Shown here: positions 24,855 to 28,407 of the stretch, piece by piece
How positions within the stretch are numbered: the stretch's first letter is position 1
Layout: the number at the start of each line of letters is the position of its first letter
Notes under the pieces: generated by a model
Database searches by the model: none
The model's input: only the letters and a program-made list of their open reading frames with translations
What the model was told of the DNA's origin: nothing
Translations under genes and position numbers: made by a program
From: a virus
Length of the DNA stretch: 28,407 nucleotides
Direction: 5' to 3' (one strand)
IMG/VR virus record: IMGVR_UViG_2554235475_000003
Coordinates: 1-28,407 of that record

Positions 24855-25409
24855 ATGCCGTACAGCGACGGGGATCTCCTCGCAGAGATTCGGCGTGTTG
24901 CCGACGTCGTCGACGCCGAGGACGGACCGACCCTCCAGCAGTTCAAAGACCACGGCGAGATCGCACACACCACGGTGACGCGTCGATTCGGCTCGTGGAA
25001 CGACGCCGTCGAGCGCGCGGGATTCGACTCACGCCCACCAGAACCCGAGATCCCGGCGGCCGACCTCCTCGACGAGCTCCACCGACTCAGTGATGAGCTC
25101 GGTGAGCGGCCCACGGTCACAACGATGAACGAGCACGGCGAGTACTGGGCGTCGACGTACAAGCGCCGATTCGGGACGTGGAACGACGGGCTTGAGGCGG
25201 CGGGGTTCGAGCCGACACCGCCGCGAACCGAAGAGCGAATCACGGACGACGAGCTGCTCGCCGAACTCAAACGGCTCGCCGGCAGCGACGGCCGGCCGCC
25301 GACGTTCCAACAGATGTCTGAAGAGGGCGCGTACGCGGCGCGCACGTACGTGAACCGATTCGGATCGTGGAACGCGGCGATCGACGCAGCGTTCAACGAC
25401 GTCGCGTGA
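24855..25409 (+). CDS. Homing-endonuclease-associated repeat protein (three ~60-aa repeats, no nuclease domain)
   Basis: Three copies of L..EL.R......PT.......G......Y..RFG.WN.A...AGF, the haloarchaeal HNH_repeat pattern. Confidence 0.85.
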   Translation: MPYSDGDLLAEIRRVADVVDAEDGPTLQQFKDHGEIAHTTVTRRFGSWNDAVERAGFDSRPPEPEIPAADLLDELHRLSDELGERPTVTTMNEHGEYWASTYKRRFGTWNDGLEAAGFEPTPPRTEERITDDELLAELKRLAGSDGRPPTFQQMSEEGAYAARTYVNRFGSWNAAIDAAFNDVA

Positions 25410-25700
25410 TCACGCTGGGAGTGAGAAGCGGAGATCCGATAGCGAGCGCGGTAGCTCACGAGTGTGAAAACCAGAAGGGCAACGCGAGTCCCCTACCCAG
25501 AGAACAAGTGCGTCGCCCCTCAGCGGGCCCATATGAATACACTCCGGCAAGCGCTGTAAGCGTTGCGGCTCGGTCGCGAGAGAACGTGTCGGGTAGTATG
25601 AAGTTCCAGGAGAAGTCTGGTGAATCGTACGATTCGAGAACGGGCGCCTGACGAGCGTATGCCGCCGTTTGGTAGGTTTTCACACGCTCGGTGATAGACA

Positions 25701-25711
25701 CAAAGTATTTA
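25701..25711 (+). promoter_or_regulatory. BRE plus TATA (CAAAG-TATTTA) of the S-layer gene promoter; implies a 5' leader of about 150 nt
   Basis: Canonical archaeal BRE/TATA arrangement about 175 nt upstream of the ATG at 25885. Haloarchaeal csg mRNAs are known to carry long leaders. Confidence 0.6.
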
Positions 25712-25884
25712 CCAGAACCGATGCGTGTTATGGATGCAGTACCCCTATCCGATCCGATGCAACGCGTGGTACGTAACTATCCACAGCCGAGTCCGGTTGC
25801 GCCCTCGACGCAGTGTAGGTCGATGACGGTCGGGCGAGAGGCGACGGAGAAAGCTGCCAGCGCGACGCAGACCAGAAACTAACA

Positions 25885-28407
25885 ATGACAAACGAAACAA
25901 ACTATCGCACGAAGGCCAACGCGGTCTTCTTTGCGGCTATCATGGTCGTCTCCATGGTTGCAGTCGGCTTTGCGGCAGCACCTGCTGCTGCAGCCGGCTC
26001 CGACGAAGTGACGATCTCTTACGACGCTCCTACTGACGGAGCGACGATCATTACAGGCGCATCGCCAGATCCTCAAGTAACCGTCTCTGTTGACTCCGAC
26101 GCTTCGGAGAACTTCAATTCCAGCAATGTTGGTGGAGATAACCTCTCCTTCATCGTTGATGGAACTGGAGTCGTTGAGACGATTGATATTACCGGAGATA
26201 ACATCACGCCCGGAGATAGCCAGACGTACACCTTCGATGGTGGCGACGCGTCCACGGCTATCAGCGGTCTGGATGCAGGCAGTTACGAACACCAAGTGGC
26301 AGTCACTGATTCCAACGGAGACATCGTCTCCGACAGCAACGGTGAGTACACGTCTGGTCTCATCACGCTGAATGTTGTAGACGAAGGCTACTCGCCTGAC
26401 AACCCGTTCCAGGGCCAGGAAGTGACCTTCACGAATGATACGATCGACGCTGGTGAGGAGTACGACCTGCGCCGTGTGACTGCCTCCGAGGGCGGAGAGG
26501 TCACCAACAGCCAGTTCGTTGACACCCTCGTTGCTGACGAGGACGACAGCGTCACCATCGACACGGAAGGTCTCGAAGCTAACGACTACTTCGTGCGCGG
26601 TGGCTCTCTCGAAACCCAGCCGAGCCTGTCGGACACCTTCGAAGTTCGTGTCCAGACGCTCACCACGGAGTTCGAAGACGACACTGTTGAGGACGACGAA
26701 ACCACGAACCTCGAAATCGACTCCAACCGCGGCGAGTACTCGCTTAACGTGAGCGCCGACGGCGACCTCGACGACGAGGAGCTCGAAGCGATCTTCAACA
26801 CGACCGGCGACTTCACGGTCGAGAATCCTGAAGACGACGACGACGAGATCACTCTCGTTGACGTTCAGGATAGCGACGAACTCGAAACGAACTTCACTGA
26901 CATCGACACGGGCGAATACGAATTCACCTTCGAGTCGGTTGACACTGACGCCGAGGACACCGCTTCGATCGAAGTGGTCGCAGCAGGTGAAGGCGGCGTT
27001 GAATTCGCAGAGAGTTCCTACGATGTCTCGCAGGGCGACATCGCTGAGATTACTGTCGAACTCGAAGACACCCAGAACGGCTACGTCGTGATTGGTGACG
27101 CCGAGGACGACAACTACCAGGCAAACATCTCCATCACTGACGGCGTCGACGATGCAGATGACGCCGACGGTGAAGTGACGATCCTGTTCAACACATACAC
27201 CGCTGGCGACGATGATACCTCAGTCACCATCGTCGAAGCGGAGGACGAAGATGACGAGGCCGTTCTCGAGGACCAGGATAGCGATGCTCAGTCGCTTGAG
27301 CAGATGCTCGACACTGGTGACTACGAGATCATCTCCGCGGCACAGGACAACCCTGAAGACGCCTTCGACAACGAGGACGACGTCTCGTCGCTCCTCATCG
27401 AAGAGCGCACGCCGGCCGAGATGAACCTGTGGCGCACCACTGGTGACGCACAGGACGACCTCGCCGATGCGCTCGACGATGACGACGAAGACGCTGTCGA
27501 AGCAGTGAACACAGCGGTCGAAGATGGTGCGGTCACCGAGACCGACACGATCGCGATCGACGCTGAAGACAACAGTCGCAGCGACATTCTCGTCCACCAG
27601 ATCACCGCTGGCGGTCTGGAGGGCGTCCTCTCGTCCACTGATGGCGAGACTGCGACCGAACAGCTCTACGAGGCAATCGCTAACGTCGACTCCGGTGCTG
27701 ACGGCGACAACGCGACGAGCCTCGTCCTTGAAGAGCAGAACCCCGGCCGGAACGCCGACCCGAAGACGGTCGATGTCAGCGCTCTGAGTGACACCGAATT
27801 CGAGGACGCGTTCACGGTCGTCTACGACGACGAAACGAGCAACTACTACGTCCTCCTCGATGTCGACGAGCTGCCCGAGAGCCAGCTCGAGAAGTTCGAG
27901 GATGGTGACGAGTACGAAGTTGAGTTCACCGTTCAGGACGAGCGCCTGCTGCAGGGCTCGGGCGATGAATTCGAAGATGACGAGCACGAAGACGCGTACG
28001 AATCGGCAAACGGCTCCTTCGACGTTGAAGAGGCCGAGGCCGACTTCGACGTGAACAACGACGACGAGATCGAAGCGACGGCCACGGAGGACGCAACTGT
28101 GACGGGTACGGCGAACGTTGCCCCGAGCACGGAATTCTCTGTCCGCCTGCGCTCGACCGACGACACGTCGCCGCGCTTCACGCTCACTGACGACGAAGTG
28201 ACCCTCAACGACGACGGTACGTTCGAGGCGTCCTTCGACCTGAGCGACCAGGCTGCGAACGACACCTTCGAAGCTACGTTCCGTCAGGCTGCCTTCGACG
28301 ACCAGGACGCCGTTGACGGCGTCATCGTCGAGGACACCACGGACGACGACTCCACGGACGACGACTCCACGGACGACGACTCCACGGATGACGACTCCAC
28401 GGACGAT
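25885..28407 (+). CDS. csg: Cell-surface (S-layer) glycoprotein, 3'-truncated by window (>841 aa); not in ORF track
   Basis: Frame open from ATG 25885 to the window end. Haloarchaeal surface-glycoprotein signal peptide (MTNETNYRTKANAVFFAAIMVVSMVAVGFAAAPAAA). Extremely acidic beta-sandwich sequence with 11 N-x-S/T sequons, a DDGTF (BGTF-type) domain and a Thr/Asp linker. Could be a paralogous surface glycoprotein rather than the main S-layer subunit. Confidence 0.9.
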   Translation, partial: MTNETNYRTKANAVFFAAIMVVSMVAVGFAAAPAAAAGSDEVTISYDAPTDGATIITGASPDPQVTVSVDSDASENFNSSNVGGDNLSFIVDGTGVVETIDITGDNITPGDSQTYTFDGGDASTAISGLDAGSYEHQVAVTDSNGDIVSDSNGEYTSGLITLNVVDEGYSPDNPFQGQEVTFTNDTIDAGEEYDLRRVTASEGGEVTNSQFVDTLVADEDDSVTIDTEGLEANDYFVRGGSLETQPSLSDTFEVRVQTLTTEFEDDTVEDDETTNLEIDSNRGEYSLNVSADGDLDDEELEAIFNTTGDFTVENPEDDDDEITLVDVQDSDELETNFTDIDTGEYEFTFESVDTDAEDTASIEVVAAGEGGVEFAESSYDVSQGDIAEITVELEDTQNGYVVIGDAEDDNYQANISITDGVDDADDADGEVTILFNTYTAGDDDTSVTIVEAEDEDDEAVLEDQDSDAQSLEQMLDTGDYEIISAAQDNPEDAFDNEDDVSSLLIEERTPAEMNLWRTTGDAQDDLADALDDDDEDAVEAVNTAVEDGAVTETDTIAIDAEDNSRSDILVHQITAGGLEGVLSSTDGETATEQLYEAIANVDSGADGDNATSLVLEEQNPGRNADPKTVDVSALSDTEFEDAFTVVYDDETSNYYVLLDVDELPESQLEKFEDGDEYEVEFTVQDERLLQGSGDEFEDDEHEDAYESANGSFDVEEAEADFDVNNDDEIEATATEDATVTGTANVAPSTEFSVRLRSTDDTSPRFTLTDDEVTLNDDGTFEASFDLSDQAANDTFEATFRQAAFDDQDAVDGVIVEDTTDDDSTDDDSTDDDSTDDDSTDD
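28339..28407 (+). repeat. 15-bp tandem repeat ACGGACGACGACTCC (TDDDS), at least 4.6 copies, in the S-layer linker
   Basis: Directly visible. Runs off the window end. Corresponds to the Thr-rich spacer before the C-terminal anchor. Confidence 0.9.

Noticed and set aside
24644-24968. Minus-strand small genes (36-aa MSTISTL... or 88-aa MCDLAVV...)
   Set aside because: SD-like sequence abuts the ATG with no spacing, the longer ORF overlaps a real gene, and there are no recognisable motifs.
25195-25225. tRNA 3'-fragment attR (GGTTCGAG...)
   Set aside because: It lies in-frame within the HNH-repeat gene (AGFE) and lacks T-stem and acceptor complementarity.
24855-25409. Active homing endonuclease or mobile element
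   Set aside because: Only the associated repeats are present, with no HNH, LAGLIDADG or GIY-YIG catalytic motif.
25456-25701. Minus-strand 81-aa ORF upstream of csg
   Set aside because: Non-acidic, atypical composition, no start signals, and it overlaps promoter-proximal repeats.
28339-28407. CRISPR-like repeat array
   Set aside because: Contiguous 15-bp coding tandem repeat with no spacers.

Overview
Most of this window (1 to about 23.2 kb, all on the + strand) is a tailed-virus (Caudoviricetes, siphovirus-type) region with GC-rich, highly acidic proteins typical of haloarchaea (Halobacteria). It is most likely a provirus. The left end is a chain of small, translationally coupled genes (Zn-finger microproteins, a winged-HTH protein). 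Next come a tRNA-Phe(GAA) gene and about 260 nt of densely base-paired RNA ending in a tRNA-like T-arm/acceptor element. A complete morphogenesis operon follows: terminase small and large subunits, portal, gp7/MuF-like protein, protease/scaffold, cement, HK97-type major capsid, head-tail joining genes, tail tube, tail chaperone with a -1 frameshift extension, tape measure, and three tail-tip/adhesin genes with FN3 and polyglycine domains. After about 2.6 kb of accessory genes and inverted-repeat-rich DNA, the window ends inside a haloarchaeal S-layer (cell-surface) glycoprotein gene. That gene is missing from the supplied ORF track because its stop codon lies beyond the window. No integrase, att site or CRISPR array is visible. 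The most novel candidates are (i) the tRNA-bracketed structured RNA locus at 2182-2518, (ii) a possible link between the viral tRNA-Phe and the Phe-Phe slippery site of the tail chaperone, and (iii) a haloarchaeal surface-protein-like domain inserted into the prohead protease/scaffold. All family assignments come from motif recognition by eye; no searches were run.
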